This document shows, piece after piece, positions 44,169 through 54,995 of a DNA stretch of 64,000 nt. Origin of the DNA: a bacterium. GTDB taxonomy: Bacteria; UBA8248. Each line of letters opens with the position of its first letter. Position 1 is the first letter of the stretch. The stretch lies in the NCBI GenBank assembly GCA_965199855.1, contig OZ241326.1, positions 2,688,001 to 2,752,000 on the forward strand, given 5' to 3'. Under the pieces are notes generated by a model. That model saw only the letters and a list, made by a program, of their open reading frames with translations, was not told where the DNA came from and did not search any database. Made by a program: the position numbers and the translations under genes.

Positions 44169-45273
44169 ATTCGACCTGATCGCTCGCGCGAAGATCGCCC
44201 GCGATGAATTCGTCGATCATCTGGCGCGAGACGGAATCGGGCATCTGCGCCGGCGGGTGCTTCATCAGGTAGGCGCTCACGGGATAGAGCGGCCCCGCCT
44301 CGCCCCGATCGCGCGCGATGCGCGCCAGGCGAATGGCGTCGATGACGACGCCGCCCGAGTTGGGCGAGTCCTCCACCGAGAGGCGCGCCTCGATTTCGAG
44401 CGGCACCCCGCCGAAGCCCTCCGCCTCGATTCTCAGGAAGCATATCTTGTTGTCTTCCTGCCACGGCACGTAGTCGGACGGGCCGATGTGGATGTCGTCC
44501 GCGTCCAGGGGTTCGGGCAGCTGGCTCTGGACGGCGTCGGTTTTGGAGATTTTTTTGGATTTCAGGCGCGAGCGCTCCAGCATGTTCAAAAAATCGGTGT
44601 TCCCGCCCGTGTTCAGCTGGTAGGTGCGCTTGATCTTGACGCCCCGGTCCGCGCACAGCCGCGCGAGGGCGCGGTGGAGGATGGTGGCGCCGAGCTGGGC
44701 CTTCACGTCGTCGCCCACTACCGGAATCCCCGCCTCGGTGAAGCGGGCCGCCATGTCCGGCTTCGAGACGATGAAGACCGGCATGCAGTTGATGAGGGAG
44801 ACGCCCGCCTCCAGCGCCGCCTCGGCGTAGTGGCGCGCCGCCCGCTCCGAACCCACCGGCATGAAGTTCAGGAGAATCTCCGCGCCGCTCTCGCGCAGTT
44901 CGGCGGCCACGTCGCAGGGCTCGGCCTCGGCGGGCAGAAAGGAGCGGTCAGAAGGGTATTCCGCCATGTGGGGCGCCACCCCGTCCAGAATGGGGCCCAT
45001 GCGCACGCTCACCCCGTAGTCGGGCAGGTCCTGCCAGATGGTCTTCGTGCAGTTGGGACGGGCGAAGGCCGCGGCGTGAAGCGGCTGGCCGACCTTGCGG
45101 ACGTCGACGTCGAAAGCCGCGGCCACCTGCACGTCCTCCGGCGCGTAGCCGCCCAGGCTGCGGTGCATGAGGCCCAGCTCCTCCTCCGGATGATGGCGGT
45201 AATGCTCGATGCCCTGGAGCAGGGAGCTCGCGCAGTTGCCCACGCCGGCGATGGCGATGCGAATGGGGGACAT
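44122..45273 (-). CDS. ino1: Myo-inositol-1-phosphate synthase
   Basis: IRIAIAGVGNCASSLLQG, GDDVKAQLGAT, YQLNTGGNTDFLNM and EDSPNSGG. Confidence 0.95.
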   Translation of the reverse strand: MSPIRIAIAGVGNCASSLLQGIEHYRHHPEEELGLMHRSLGGYAPEDVQVAAAFDVDVRKVGQPLHAAAFARPNCTKTIWQDLPDYGVSVRMGPILDGVAPHMAEYPSDRSFLPAEAEPCDVAAELRESGAEILLNFMPVGSERAARHYAEAALEAGVSLINCMPVFIVSKPDMAARFTEAGIPVVGDDVKAQLGATILHRALARLCADRGVKIKRTYQLNTGGNTDFLNMLERSRLKSKKISKTDAVQSQLPEPLDADDIHIGPSDYVPWQEDNKICFLRIEAEGFGGVPLEIEARLSVEDSPNSGGVVIDAIRLARIARDRGEAGPLYPVSAYLMKHPPAQMPDSVSRQMIDEFIAGDLRASDQVEFNGNGLPARYGHRQV

Positions 45274-45490
45274 AACCGGGTTTCCTTTCTTGCCCTGCCG
45301 CCGCGCGCGCCCGAGGGACGCCTTCGGGATCGAAGTCCTCCGCCGGGGCTTCGTTCGTCGGCGACGCTCATGCGGATTCAAAGGCTCATCGATTCGCTGC
45401 GAACAGCCGCTTCCACAGAGAGGCGACTATATCCCAAAACGCGCGTCTTCTCCAAGAGGGAGAGAGAAAGCGAGCCCAGGCCGCCCGAAG

Positions 45491-46489
45491 CTAATAGAGC
45501 AGGCAGCGGACGAAGTGGCCGGGGGAGACCTCCTTCAGCTCCGGTTCGTGCTCCAGGCACATCGCCTTCGCCTCCGGGCAGCGCGGGTTGAAGCTGCATC
45601 CCGTCGGCAGGCGGTTCAGGCTCGGCACGATGCCCTTGATCTCCTCCAGGCGAACCCGCTCGCCGGGCTTGTCGGTGTTGAGCTTCGGTATCGAGTTGAG
45701 CAGCCCCCGGGTGTAGGGATGGAGCGGATTCCCGAAAATCTCCTCCGTCGGCGCCTCCTCGACCACCTTCCCCGCATACATCACCACGACGCGCCTGCAG
45801 GTCTCGGCCACGAGGCCCAGATCGTGCGTGATGAGGATGACCGCGGTTCCCAGATCCTCCTGGAGCTTCACCATGAGATCGAGAATCTGCGCCTGAATGG
45901 TCACATCGAGCGCCGTGGTGGGCTCGTCCGCCAGCAGGATTTTCGGGTTGCACGAGAGCGCCATGGCGATCATCGCGCGCTGCCTCATGCCGCCCGAAAG
46001 CTGATGGGGATACTCCCTGACCCTCTGCCGCGGCAGGGGGATGCCCACGAGGTCGAGCATCTCGGCGGCCTTGTCCATCGCGTCCTTCTTCGTCATCCCC
46101 TGGTGGAGCATGACGGCCTCGGCGATCTGGAAGCCGACGGTGAACACCGGGTTCAGGCTCGTCATCGGCTCCTGGAAAATCATCGAGATGTGGTTGCCCC
46201 GAATCCCGCGCAGCTCCTTCGTGCCGAGCTTCGTCAGGTCGCGCCCCTCGAAGAAGATGCCGTCGCCGAATATCTCGCCCGGAGGCTCCGGGATGAGGCG
46301 AAGCACCGAGAGGGCCGTCACGGTCTTCCCGCACCCCGACTCGCCGACGACGCCGAGCGTCTCTCCCGCCTTGAGGCTGTAGCTCACGCCGTCGACGGCG
46401 CGCACCGTCCCCTCCGGCGTGTGGAAGTAGGTGTGCAGATTCCTCAGATCGAGAATCGTGTCGGTGCCGACGGCTGCGCCATTGGCCAT
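45491..46489 (-). CDS. Oligopeptide/dipeptide ABC transporter ATP-binding subunit (OppD/DppD family)
   Basis: [43 protein letters not shown] and a C-terminal Cys motif. Confidence 0.95.
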   Translation of the reverse strand: MANGAAVGTDTILDLRNLHTYFHTPEGTVRAVDGVSYSLKAGETLGVVGESGCGKTVTALSVLRLIPEPPGEIFGDGIFFEGRDLTKLGTKELRGIRGNHISMIFQEPMTSLNPVFTVGFQIAEAVMLHQGMTKKDAMDKAAEMLDLVGIPLPRQRVREYPHQLSGGMRQRAMIAMALSCNPKILLADEPTTALDVTIQAQILDLMVKLQEDLGTAVILITHDLGLVAETCRRVVVMYAGKVVEEAPTEEIFGNPLHPYTRGLLNSIPKLNTDKPGERVRLEEIKGIVPSLNRLPTGCSFNPRCPEAKAMCLEHEPELKEVSPGHFVRCLLY

Positions 46490-46734
46490 GAATCACCTCC
46501 GGGTTGCGGGCTCGCGCCCGAACGGGGAATCATCGGACGCCCGATTATAGAAAGGCGGAAGCGGAATTGTCCAGCCGGACGGGAAAACCTCCGCCAGGCG
46601 GCTCACATGCGCGACGCCGGGATTCCGGGCGGAATCCGGGCTTTCGGGCGATTCGCCGGTTTTGGATTCCGGCTTTCGCCGGAATGACGGGTTTTGCGGC
46701 GGCGTTCGTCAGAGATGCCCCCCTCCCGAAGCTC

Positions 46735-47373
46735 TCAGGAGGCGACCGCCTCCCGTCCGTGGGGGCAGTCCCGCAGAAGGGGACAGTTCCCGCAGTCGGG
46801 CCTTCTCGCCGAGCAGCGGCTCCTTCCGTGATGAATCAGCAGCAGCGTCACGCGGCCCCACCACTTCTTCGGCGCCGCCTCCATGAGCTGAAACTCGGCC
46901 TTCACCGGATCCTTCGTGGATATCCAGCCCAGCCGGTTCGCCGTTCGCAGGACATGCGTGTCCACGGCGATGGCGGGCCGGCCCCAGACCTCGTTCAGGA
47001 CGACGTTGGCCGTCTTGCGGCCGACGCCGGGCAGGCTCGTCAAATCCTCCAGCGCGTCGGGAACCTCGCCGCCGAACTCCCCGGCGATGCGGCGGCAGCA
47101 CGCGCGGATGGCCTTCGCCTTCTGGCGGTAGTATCCGCAGGAGCGAATCAGCCGCTCGAGCTCGCCGGGGGCGGCCTCGGCGAACGAGGCGGCGTCCCCG
47201 TAGCGGGCGAAAAGCGCGGGCGTCACCCCGTTCACCCGCTCGTCCGTGCACTGGGCGGAGAGCATCGTCGCCACCAGCAGTTGGAGCGGGCTGCCGTAGC
47301 GAAGCGCGCAACGCGCGTCGGGGTAGGTATTCTCCAGGACGCGCAGAAGGCGCGCGACCGGGGACGCGGGCAT
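46735..47373 (-). CDS. nth: Endonuclease III
   Basis: LVATMLSAQCTDERVN, LPGVGRKTANVV, AVDTHV and C-x6-C-x2-C-x5-C. Confidence 0.96.
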   Translation of the reverse strand: MPASPVARLLRVLENTYPDARCALRYGSPLQLLVATMLSAQCTDERVNGVTPALFARYGDAASFAEAAPGELERLIRSCGYYRQKAKAIRACCRRIAGEFGGEVPDALEDLTSLPGVGRKTANVVLNEVWGRPAIAVDTHVLRTANRLGWISTKDPVKAEFQLMEAAPKKWWGRVTLLLIHHGRSRCSARRPDCGNCPLLRDCPHGREAVAS

Positions 47374-47542
47374 CCGACTCTCCTCTCCCCTGAAAAGCCC
47401 GGCTTCGGGAGGCGACTCCTTCTCCCGTTCGCCGCTGTCGGCCGGCCCTGGCCCCGCCTTCTTTTCAATAGCGGCGATTGCGGCTAGAATAGCGGACGAA
47501 ATCCACATCGCCTAACCGCGTCGGACGAAGGAGAGCGAACCG

Positions 47543-47782
47543 ATGGCCGAACCTCGCGTGGCCCAGAAATCGCCCTACATCTACAAGCCGGAGAAGGACG
47601 AGAAAGTCGCCTGGTGCGCGTGCGGGCTGAGCGAGTCGCAGCCCTTCTGCGACGGCTCCCACAAGGGTTCGAGCTTCCGCCCCGTCGTGCTCGACGTTCA
47701 GGCGGGCAAGACCTGCGCCTTCTGCGGCTGCAAGCGGACGGGCGGCGCGCCCATGTGCGACGGCACCCACGCGAAGCTCTAG
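47543..47782 (+). CDS. CDGSH iron-sulfur domain protein (two CDGSH motifs)
   Basis: WCACGLSESQPFCDGSH and FCGCKRTGGAPMCDGTH. Confidence 0.93.
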   Translation: MAEPRVAQKSPYIYKPEKDEKVAWCACGLSESQPFCDGSHKGSSFRPVVLDVQAGKTCAFCGCKRTGGAPMCDGTHAKL

Positions 47783-47810
47783 GGGACGCGGCTTACACAA
47801 CCATGAGGAC

Positions 47811-47886
47811 GCGCGTGTAGCTCAGAGGATAGAGCGCCTGCCTCCGGAGCAGGAAGCCGCAGGTTCGACTCCTGCCACGCGCACCA
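47811..47886 (+). tRNA. tRNA-Arg (anticodon CCG)
   Basis: Acceptor stem GCGCGTG/CACGCGC, D-arm TAGCTCAGAGGATAGAGC, anticodon arm CCTGC-CTCCGGA-GCAGG, GGTTCGACTCC and encoded CCA. Confidence 0.97.
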
Positions 47887-48001
47887 GATAAAACCAGCGG
47901 GCCCGGGCCCGAGCGGGCGCGGGGGACGCGCCCACGCCCCTCCCGCGCCGCGCTTCCGGCTCCTGAAAGGACGCGCGGCGCCGGGCCGAGCGAGAAATCC
48001 C

Positions 48002-48910
48002 ATGTTCGGCGAATACATCGACAGCCACAACCACATGCACGCCCTCGCCTGGGACGACTGGGAGCTCCTCGGAACGACGGGAATGCGCGCGGCGGTGCTC
48101 TCCTGCGGCAACCCCCATCTTTACCGCGAGGTGTGGGAGGAGGCGCCGGGCTTCGACGACATCATGCGCTTCTGGGAGGGCCCCCTCCGGGCGGCGCGGG
48201 ATTTCGAGGCGGAGCACTTCATCCAGGTCCGGTGCGCCCTCGGCGTGAGCTCGATGACCCGGGTGCGGGACTGGGAGAAGCTGCTGGAGGAGCTTCCGGG
48301 CTTCCTCGACGACCCCCGCGTCGTCGCCCTGGGCGAGGTCGGCCTCGACCCCACGCAGTATTTCTCCCTCGCGTGGCCGATGGAGGAGCAGGCCGCCTGC
48401 CTGGAGGCGCAGGCGGAAATCGCCCAAAAGCGCGGCAAGCCCATCATCCTGCACACGCCCACTCCCAAGAAGAGCGGGGATTTTCTCGGAAAAGTCGCCG
48501 TTCGGGAGGACGCGCCGCCGCCCGGGAGCCTCCGCCTCCACTACCTCAGGAAAGACCTGGAAATCATCAACAGGGCGGGCTTCGACGAGAGCCGCGTCGC
48601 CGTGGATCATTCCGACGATACGACGATCCGGTACGTCCACGAGGAGACCCGCGCCGTCTGCGCCGTCAGCATCGGCAGCGCGCTTCGCCCGGTTCAGCCC
48701 GCCCAGGTGGTCGAGTGGGTGAAGACCTTCGGGCCCGACCGCATCATGCTGAACTCGGATCACCTGGGCTACCGGCCCATCGACATTCTCTCGATTCCCA
48801 AAACGCTGCGCGCCATGCGGAGCGCGGGGCTGCCGGAGGAGGCGATCCGCAAGGTCTCCTTCGGGAACGCGAAGCGGTTCTACGATCTCTCTCTGGGGAC
48901 GGACGATTGA
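48002..48910 (+). CDS. TatD-family metal-dependent hydrolase
   Basis: IDSHNH, VALGEVGLD, PIILHTP, DH and MLNSD. Confidence 0.85.
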   Translation: MFGEYIDSHNHMHALAWDDWELLGTTGMRAAVLSCGNPHLYREVWEEAPGFDDIMRFWEGPLRAARDFEAEHFIQVRCALGVSSMTRVRDWEKLLEELPGFLDDPRVVALGEVGLDPTQYFSLAWPMEEQAACLEAQAEIAQKRGKPIILHTPTPKKSGDFLGKVAVREDAPPPGSLRLHYLRKDLEIINRAGFDESRVAVDHSDDTTIRYVHEETRAVCAVSIGSALRPVQPAQVVEWVKTFGPDRIMLNSDHLGYRPIDILSIPKTLRAMRSAGLPEEAIRKVSFGNAKRFYDLSLGTDD

Positions 48911-49938
48911 GCGAAGCGGCGGATCCATTCGAGCATTTCTTCAATATGCCGTGGTCGGACGGGCTGCCCGTGGTCCCGCCCACCCCCGATCGCCTCGCCC
49001 GGATGCTGGGCGGAACGGGCAGGGCGCCGGGCGAGGCCCTGGGCGAGATTCCGCCCGCCATGAACCCGGCGACGGTGGAGAGCGCCGCCCTCCACGCGGT
49101 GATGGCGGGCTGCCGGCCGGAATACCTGCCCGTGGTCCTGGGCGCGGTCGAGGCCATGCTTGTGGAGTCCTTCAACCTCGCGGGCATCCAGGCCACCATG
49201 TTCACCGGCGGCCCCCTCCTCATCCTCAACGGGCCCTACGCGAAGCGAATCGGCGCGCACGGGGGGTCGGGCTGCTTCGGCCCCGGCTTTCGGGCGAACG
49301 CCGCCATCGGCCGGGCGCTGCGCCTCATCATGATGAACCTGGGCGGCGCCCTGCCGGGCGTCTCCGACATGAGCACCTTCGGCAGCCCTTCCAAGTTCAC
49401 CTACTGCGTCCGGGAGAACGAGGAGCGCAGCCCCTGGCCGCCGCTGCCGACCGACTTCGGCTTCGGGGCGGAGGAGGACGCGCTCACCGTCTGCAACGCC
49501 GAGGCGCCCCGCATGGCGATGGACGACGTGAGCGCGGCGCCCGAGGGCGTCCTCACCACCCTGGCGCACACGATGCGGACGATGGGCTCCACGACAGCGT
49601 ATACGCGGACGAACTGGGTGGTCGTCGTAGGTCCCGACCACGCGGACGTTCTCGCGCGCGGGGGGCTCGGCCGCGCCGACGTGAAGCGCGAGCTCTTCGA
49701 GCGGGCGCGAATGCCCCTGGGCGTCCTCAAGCAGGGCGGGCGCTATCGGGGCCCCGCCCTCTCGCGCTGGCCCGACTGGGTGGATCACGCGGACGACGAC
49801 TTTCCCGTCCCCATGGTTCACGCGCCCGAGGACATCCTGCTCATCGTCGCCGGAGGCGTTCCCGGCCCCTCCTGCCTCGTCATCCCCGGCTGGAACACGT
49901 CGAGCCAGGCCGTCACCCGCCGCTACCGGACGGACTGA
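48907..49938 (+). CDS. Conserved hypothetical protein (WSDGLPVVPPT family)
   Basis: TTG start overlapping the TatD stop; WSDGLPVVPPT, AVMAGCRPEYLPVV, GPGFRANAAIGRAL and ENEERSPW. Confidence 0.75.
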   Translation: MSEAADPFEHFFNMPWSDGLPVVPPTPDRLARMLGGTGRAPGEALGEIPPAMNPATVESAALHAVMAGCRPEYLPVVLGAVEAMLVESFNLAGIQATMFTGGPLLILNGPYAKRIGAHGGSGCFGPGFRANAAIGRALRLIMMNLGGALPGVSDMSTFGSPSKFTYCVRENEERSPWPPLPTDFGFGAEEDALTVCNAEAPRMAMDDVSAAPEGVLTTLAHTMRTMGSTTAYTRTNWVVVVGPDHADVLARGGLGRADVKRELFERARMPLGVLKQGGRYRGPALSRWPDWVDHADDDFPVPMVHAPEDILLIVAGGVPGPSCLVIPGWNTSSQAVTRRYRTD

Positions 49939-49984
49939 GGGAGCGCCGCGCCCCGCCAGGCGCTCCCGTGAGGGCAAGCGCGAT

Positions 49985-51992
49985 TCGCCTTCGCAGGGGC
50001 GGCTCGCGAACCGCCCGTTTTCAGGAAGGGTTCGTATCGGAGGCGGCGGGGCGTTCCCGAACGACTCCTGCGGGATTTTTGGGCCTCGGCGGGATGAGGA
50101 GGCGGCGAAGGGCAACCACAGGGGGTTGTCCCTACGCTCCCGCCGGGGCGGCGCAAGTGCGCGCAGATGCGGGCAAACGCCGCGGCCTTGCGAAATGACC
50201 CCTCCCGGCGCCGTTTTTTCTCACAATCCGTTTATTTTCAATGACTTGATATTTTTTCCGCGCTCTGGAGGGTCTTTAATTTGTCGAAAAAAGGCGCGAA
50301 TTTGCGGGATAAGGCCGTGAATTTGTCGGATTTTGTCGAAAACGGGATCGTTTTCATTATGGCGCGGACGGAGCGCGCGCGTCACTCCTGAAACGCGCGG
50401 GGGCGCCCCCTCCTCGCCGCCGCCCCACAACTCCCGAGCCGCCCCTCGCCGGACGACAACCCCCGGATTCCGCAATCTTGCCTCCTCATTGGAATTGACG
50501 ACGCGGGAACGGCGCGGGGCGAAAAACGCCCTGACCCACGCCCTCGCCTTCGTCGTCATCCGCTTCCCGAAGTCCATGCCCGCCTCCTCCCTCTCGCGGC
50601 GGATTCTCGCGCGTTCACGGGAAGACCCGATAACCGCAAATGCGGGCAAATGCGCGATCGATTCCGAATGGGGAGGAAGGATTGTTCTGATGCGGGGAAT
50701 AGATTGGGCGTGCCGCGGCGAAACGCGCTCTCTGGATTCCGGCCTTCGCCGGAATGACGGCGGAAGGGACGCGGGGTTTATAGTTCCGTAGGGGCGGTTC
50801 GGGAACCGCCCGTTTGGGGATGGTTGCTTATGGGTGATGATGGGGCGCAGGGGCGCCCCCTGTGGCCGCCCTTGGCGATGATCGCCCTCTGCGCGGGTTT
50901 CTCTACCGCCGCGCGACCCGGAACGGCGCCCCGCGAACGGGGCGCATGAATGCGCCCCCTACGGCGAGGGTGTGACCGGTTTCGCAGGGGCGGCCCCTCC
51001 CCGGGGCCGCCCCACAATTCGTGAACCGCCCGTTTTGAAGGGAAGGGAATCAAAACCCTGGATTCCGGCCTTCGCCGGAATGACGGGCGCAGGGGCGGCG
51101 TTCGCCGGCGGGGAAATCTTCGCCGCCGTCTCGATGCTATTCCCGATCAGAGCGAAGGGACGCTAGGGTTGGTCTTTTGCCGTCATTCCGGCGAAGGCCG
51201 GAATCCAGAATAGAGGGGCCGCTTCATCCATCGGCTTTTCAAGAGGAACAATCATGGGGGTTGTCCCTACGGGCCGCGGCATCGCCGACCCGCAACGGGG
51301 CGCAAGAATGGAAACGCTCTCGCGCTTCACCTACGAAACCGTCGCCACCCTCGCCGTAGGGGACGCATATATGCGTCCCGCCCGGCGTTTCTCACGGGGA
51401 TGCGGGTTTTGCGCCTTCGTAGGGGCGGCCCCTCCCCGTGGCCGCCCCACAATTCGTGAACAGCCCGCATTCAAGAGGCATTCGCCATCGGAGGAGGCGG
51501 GGCGTTCCCGAACGCCCCCTACGGAGTGGTTGCACAATCGGTGGGATGGAAATGCGGCAAAGGACAACCACGGGGGCGTCCCTACGGGGCCGGACGGCGT
51601 GATCCGATTGTAGCCCCGGCGTTCGGAGGGGACGCGGGGTTTATGGTTCCGTAGGGCCGGCCCCTCCCCGGGGCCGCCCCACAATTCGGGAACCGCCCGT
51701 TTTGAAGGGAAGGGAATCAAAACCCTGGATTCCGGCCTTCGCCGGAATGACGGGCGCAGGGGCGGCGTTCGCCGGCGGGGAAATCTTCGCCGCCGTCTCG
51801 ATGCTATTCCCGATCAGAGCGAAGGGACGCCAGGGTTGGCCTTTCGCCGTCATTCCGGCGAAGGCCGGAATCCAGAATAGAGGGGCCGCTTCATCCATCG
51901 GCTTTTCAAGAGGAACAATCATGGGGGTTGTCCCTACGGGCCGCGGCCTCTCTCCGCGAAACCCCGGCGGCGCCGGGAAGGGCCGCCCCTAC
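49985..51992. repeat. 2-kb REP-like mosaic, including inverted copy 2 of the ~550-bp element (about 50099-50667) and a ~295-bp direct duplication (50986-51280 / 51653-51947)
   Basis: Direct sequence comparison; many GTAG and CGTC hairpins; no credible CDS. Confidence 0.88.
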
Positions 51993-52903
51993 GAAGCGGA
52001 TCGTTCGGCCGCCGCGTCGACGAAGCGCATGTCCACCGCCTGCTCGAAGGAGACGCCCGCTTCGATCAGTCCGCCGTCCAGGCACGCGGCGCGCAGCCAC
52101 TCGAAGCTCTCGCGCGCGAGGCGCGGCTCCTCGTTCCAGAGGCCGAGGCTTTGGTATCGCGCGATGGAGCGCGTCAGAAGCCCGAAGGGAGCCTCCTCGA
52201 ACCAGGGCCGCGCGCGCCGGGCGACCTCCTCCGCGCCGCGTCCGGCGAGCCACGCCTGCGTCTCGCGCATGGCGCGCGTCATGCCGAGGGCGGCTTCGGG
52301 CGCGTCCCGCAAAAACGATTCCCGCGCGTAGAACCCCGTATAGGTCGTCAGGCCCCGCTCCGCCGCCGCGCGCCAGACGTGGCCCGCCCCCTCCTCGACC
52401 AGCTCCTCCGCCAGGGGCTGCAGCGTCTGGATGACGTCCGCCCCGCGCGCGCGCAGGGCCGCCGCGTTCTCGGCCATCGTCCGATCCGGGATTGCGTCCA
52501 GGGCCTCGGGGTCAAGGCCGGCCAGGCGCAAATCGCGCTGAAGACACAGCCAGGGGGTGGGCACCTCGCTGACGACGGCGATTCTCGCGTCGAGCAGATC
52601 GCGCATCCGAAACGCGGGGTTCGGCTCCGCGCCGATGAGGAAGAAAGGATCGCGGCGGACGGCCTCGCAGAAGATTTTCAGATCGCAGCCGGGCGCGCGA
52701 TCATACGCCGCCAGGACGCGCATGGGGCCGCCCCAGCCGACCTGCGCCCCGCCGGAGGCGATCAGATCCGCGGTTCGATCCGGGGCGGGCGAGGCTTCCA
52801 GACGAACGTCCAGGCCCTCCCTCTCATACGCCCCCAGCGCGAAGGCCAGGTAGAACGGCGCGTAGAAAAGGGCGCGGAAGTTCTCGAGCAGCGTGATTCT
52901 CAA
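51989..52903 (-). CDS. ABC-type substrate-binding protein (NMT1/THI5/SsuA-like)
   Basis: TTG start LRITLLENFRALFYAPFYLA..GAYEREGLDV, WGGPMR and DPFFLIG. Confidence 0.8.
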   Translation of the reverse strand: MRITLLENFRALFYAPFYLAFALGAYEREGLDVRLEASPAPDRTADLIASGGAQVGWGGPMRVLAAYDRAPGCDLKIFCEAVRRDPFFLIGAEPNPAFRMRDLLDARIAVVSEVPTPWLCLQRDLRLAGLDPEALDAIPDRTMAENAAALRARGADVIQTLQPLAEELVEEGAGHVWRAAAERGLTTYTGFYARESFLRDAPEAALGMTRAMRETQAWLAGRGAEEVARRARPWFEEAPFGLLTRSIARYQSLGLWNEEPRLARESFEWLRAACLDGGLIEAGVSFEQAVDMRFVDAAAERSAS

Positions 52904-52995
52904 GCGAGCCTCCCGACGCGCCCCGGGCCGGATTCGCCGCGCCCCGCGGAAAAGGAGCGTTGACGGGGAGCGGCGAGCGCCACGCTTCGCCCGCC

Positions 52996-54968
52996 TCAGG
53001 CCGAGGCGGCCTCTCCCGCCGCGGCGGGGGGCGCGGGCTCCCCCTCCCGCGCGAGGCGCTTTCTCTGCGCGAGGAAGATCGCGCCCAGGATGAGCGCGCC
53101 CGCCGCGTGGCACCAATACGCCGGCCAGAACAGAAGCCCCGCCGAGAGGAACAGGAGCGCGCGGGCGGGCCCGGCGAAGGAGAAATACATGAACCCGACC
53201 ATCGCGGCGGCCAGCGCCTGGAAGCCGAGCAGGGCGGCGGCGAAGGTCTCCAGGGAAAGCCAGGGCTGGCGAATCAGCAGAATCGGGGTGAAGGCGAACA
53301 TGAGGGGGACGATGTACATGCCCTTGGCGGCGCGGAAGGAGGCCCAGGCCGCCTTCGCCGGATTGGCGTCGGCGATGCCCGCCGCCGTGTAGGCGGGCAC
53401 GCACACGGGCGGCGTGAAGCAGCTGTCCAGGCTGTACCAGAAGACGACGAGGTGGGCGGCGAGGAGGGTGAGGCCATACGGCTCGCCGAGCTCCAGCAGC
53501 GCGGGCACCGCCATGACCGACAGGACGATGTAGGCGGCGCTCGTCGGCAGGCCCATGCCGAGTACGAAGGAGGCCGCGCCCACCAGGAGAATCCCCAGAA
53601 ACAGGCTGTCGTTCGCCAGGTTCGTGACCAGGGAGGAGAACTTGAGGCCCAGGCCGGTCTGAAAGAGCGCCCCCATGATGAGGCCCACCGCGCCCACGGC
53701 GGCGCATATCGGGAGCGACTGCACCGCGCCCTTCTCCAGCGCCAGAACGACGTTCCACAGCCCCCGGAGAGCCTCGCTCCCGACCTCGCCCGCGCTCGTT
53801 CCCTCCCGCCTCGCCTTGCGCCACAGGGCGACGCCGCCCTTGAGCCCCGCCAGAAGCACGACGGACGCGATGCCGGCGAGGCCCGCGTAGGGAACGCTTC
53901 GCCCCGTCATCAGAACGAGCAGAATCACGACGGGGGGAAGAAGGTAGAACCACCCGTCTCTCAGGATGGGCCCCAGGGGGGGGATCATCTCCCGGGGCAT
54001 TCCCACCAGCCCCCCCTTTCTCGCCTCCAGGTGAACCATCGCATAGACGGAGAAGAAATACAGGGCGGCGGGCAGGATGGATACCTTGACGATCTCCCAA
54101 TACGAGATGCCGGTGAACTCCACGATCAGGAACGCGGACGCGCCCATGACGGGCGGCATGATCTGCCCCCCCGTGGAGGCGGCCGTCTCGATGGCCGCCG
54201 CCGTCTCGGGCCGGAACCCCGTGCGCTTCATCATCGGAATGGTGAACGAGCCGGTGGTGACCACGTTCGCGTTGGCGCTGCCCATGATGGTTCCCGTCAT
54301 GGCGCTGGCGAACACCGCCGCCTTGGCGGGTCCCCCCCGCAGCTTGCCCGCCGCCGACATGGAGAGCCTGACGTAGAAGTCGGCGGCGCCCATGCGGTCC
54401 AGAAACGCGCCGAACAGGATGAACAGGAAGATATAGACCGAGAAGACGCTCAGGGGCGCCGTCCAGAGGCCGTCGTAGGTCATGTATTGATGATCCACGA
54501 TGTGCATGTAGGACGCGCCCTTGTGCGCCAGATGCCAGGGAAATAAGGGCCGAAGTAGGAATAGACGATGAAGAAGAGCGATATCATCGGCAGCGCCAGA
54601 TTGATGGTTCTTCGCGCCGCCTCGAAGGTGAGCGCCAGAACCGCCGTGCCCAGAATCAGGTCGAGGGGCGTCAGCGGATCGACGTAGTAGAGGCGATCCA
54701 GAAAATAGTCGATGTTCAGGATCGGGTAGGCGACCGAGGCGACCGCCAGGAGGAAGACGGCCGCCGCCGCTGCGGCGCGCCATCCTCCTCCCGCCGGCCT
54801 TCGATAGACGATGAAGATCAGCGCCATCCCGAACAGATAGGAGAGCGCCCGCTGGTAGAGCGGCTCGTAGCCTCCCGTATAGGCGACCTGTATGTGGAAG
54901 ACGGACATGCCGACCGCGATGGCCAGCACGAGCCAGTCCAGGGGCGTTCTTTCCCTGTCGTCGATCAC
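52996..54968 (-). pseudogene. TRAP transporter fused 4TM/12TM permease, frameshifted near 54531
   Basis: The N-terminal ORF (to ...YFGPYFPGI) continues in another frame as LAHKG...GGPAKAAV...ANVVTTGSFTIPMMKRTG...ASTGGQIMPPVMGA. One missing C would restore it. Confidence 0.85.
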
Positions 54969-54995
54969 GCCTGCGCCTCTTCTTCGCCGAAGGGG

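Noticed and set aside
47811-49938. tRNA-Arg as an integration site for an island
   Set aside because: No integrase, no duplicated tRNA 3' end seen, and downstream genes have host-like composition
49985-51992. Possible CRISPR array in the repeat-rich intergenic regions
   Set aside because: Repeats vary in sequence and orientation with irregular spacing, and there are no cas genes; they fit REP-like palindromes
51989-54100. 703-aa ORF
   Set aside because: Only the last ~304 codons resemble a substrate-binding protein; the rest is an alternative frame of the TRAP permease
54515-54545. Programmed frameshift in the TRAP permease
   Set aside because: No slippery heptamer or long homopolymer at the shift
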